This document shows, piece after piece, positions 63,068 through 64,000 of a stretch of DNA of 64,000 nucleotides (position 1 is the stretch's first letter; each line of letters opens with the position of its first letter). The notes below the pieces were generated by a model. The model was not told the origin of the DNA. It saw only the letters and a program-made list of their open reading frames with translations, and did not search any database. Source of the DNA: Gaiellales bacterium (GTDB lineage: Bacteria; Actinomycetota; Thermoleophilia; Gaiellales; JAICJC01). The DNA lies in assembly GCA_038230835.1 (NCBI GenBank), contig JBBRMM010000008.1, positions 4,721 to 68,720 on the forward strand, written 5' to 3'. The translations under genes were made by a program, and so were the position numbers.

Positions 63068-64000
63068 TTACACGGTGAACCGGGATGTGAGCTGCTCGAT
63101 CGTCTGAGCGGTCGACGCGAGCTCCTGTGCCTGCGCGGCGATCTGCTCGGAGGATGCGGAGGTTTCCTGCGTGGAGGCGGACACCTGCTCGGTCGAGGCG
63201 GATGACTGCTCGGCGACCGCGGCGATCTCGGCTGTCGCGTGGGCGATCTGCGTCACCTGTCCCGTGATCTGCTCTACGGACTTGCCCAGGGCGTGGAACG
63301 CCTCGCGGGCCCGTTGCACCGTCTCCTGGCTGGCGGTTGTCTTCTGGGCGCCGTCTGCGACGACCGCGACCACATGCTCGGTGTCACTTTGGATCTCGCC
63401 GATCAGCCCGCCGATCGACTGGGCGGCGTGCTGCGATTCTTCGGCCAGCTTCCTGACCTCCTCGGCGACGACAGCGAATCCGCGTCCCTGCTCGCCGGCG
63501 CGGGCGGCTTCGATCGCGGCATTCAGCGCCAGCAGGTTCGTCTGATCCGCCAGGCTCGAGATCGTCTCCACGATCCCGCCGATCTGCTCGCTTTTGGCGG
63601 CGAGCGCGCTGATGGCGCTCGTCACCTCGCTGGTCTGCGCACCGAGCTCTGCCATCGCCGCCTGTGCTTCGTCGGCCGTTGCCGCACCCTGTAGGGCGAT
63701 CTCCGTTGCCTGGCCTGCCGACTGGGCGGCGGTGTCGGCGCTCTGACGTGCTCCGGAGACCATCGTCACCTGCCGCTCCGCGCCTTGGGCGACGTCGGAC
63801 ACCGCGCCGGCGATCTCGGCGGTTGCTCGGCCGGTCTCCTCCGACGCCGATGCCATCTGCTGGCTCGCTCCCGCGATCGCCCGTGCAGCCACGTCCATCT
63901 CGCCGATCATCCGCGCCAGCTCGGCCCGCATCTCGTTGTACGCCTCGATGGTGGCGACGGAGGCGTCGCGAATCTCGTTCACCGCGGTTGCTGCCGCGCC
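63068..64000 (-). CDS. Methyl-accepting chemotaxis protein (C-terminal signalling domain; 5' end beyond the window)
   Basis: ORF 63068..63982 carries the MCP hairpin core [38 protein letters not shown]. The reading frame stays open to the window edge. Confidence 0.85.
   Translation of the reverse strand, partial: GAAATAVNEIRDASVATIEAYNEMRAELARMIGEMDVAARAIAGASQQMASASEETGRATAEIAGAVSDVAQGAERQVTMVSGARQSADTAAQSAGQATEIALQGAATADEAQAAMAELGAQTSEVTSAISALAAKSEQIGGIVETISSLADQTNLLALNAAIEAARAGEQGRGFAVVAEEVRKLAEESQHAAQSIGGLIGEIQSDTEHVVAVVADGAQKTTASQETVQRAREAFHALGKSVEQITGQVTQIAHATAEIAAVAEQSSASTEQVSASTQETSASSEQIAAQAQELASTAQTIEQLTSRFTV

Overview
Very GC-rich, Actinomycetota-like chromosome segment. The uvrC-yvcK-whiA-gap-pgk-tpiA order is the actinobacterial signature, and gpmI directly after tpiA plus the missing rapZ hint at a deep-branching lineage (inference). 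The window has two parts. (1) Positions 1 to about 31,200 are an accessory metal, sulfur and possibly selenium resistance island. It ends at an IS1380-like transposase fragment abutting tRNA-Leu(CAG). It holds a roughly 13-kb single-strand copper and thiol-redox supercluster: csoR-copA-copZ with a CsoR box, a CopC-CopD fusion, three TlpA/redoxin proteins, two CcdA/DsbD-like membrane reductases, an orphan CcmH, a BlaI/M56 pair and small Cys/Met membrane proteins. It also holds an ArsR plus two CDF exporters, a chromate module (chrA, split chrB, extra ChrB-C domains, beta-propeller), a His-rich CDF, and a persulfide module (ArsR-rhodanese, PDO, MFS, DsrE-like, methyltransferases, and a PDO-rhodanese-rhodanese-sulfite-oxidase fusion). 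(2) Positions about 31,200 to 64,000 are mostly housekeeping: CoA-transferase, bcp, hemQ, beta-CA, uvrC, yvcK, whiA, gap, pgk, tpiA, gpmI, ECF sigma, argS, mscL, tRNA-Gly, sodA, wrbA, MFS, a NarL-type regulator and an MCP. Two odd loci sit among them: TadE/TadE/TadG-NlpC/P60, and a large disrupted secreted protein. The best leads are as follows. First, an ArsM-like methyltransferase has an in-frame TGA exactly on a conserved catalytic Cys, 61 further homologous codons, and a SECIS-like hairpin, making it a candidate selenoprotein. Second, a PCYCGC lipoprotein gene has TGA at the first Cys of its CxxC but also two frameshifts. Third, a three-copy structured intergenic repeat flanks resistance cassettes. 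Fourth, there is the triple-enzyme sulfur-oxidation fusion. Fifth, there is the Scs-like copper/disulfide supercluster. No CRISPR array, rRNA or recognisable defence system was seen. All family calls rest on motif recognition by eye; no database search was possible.
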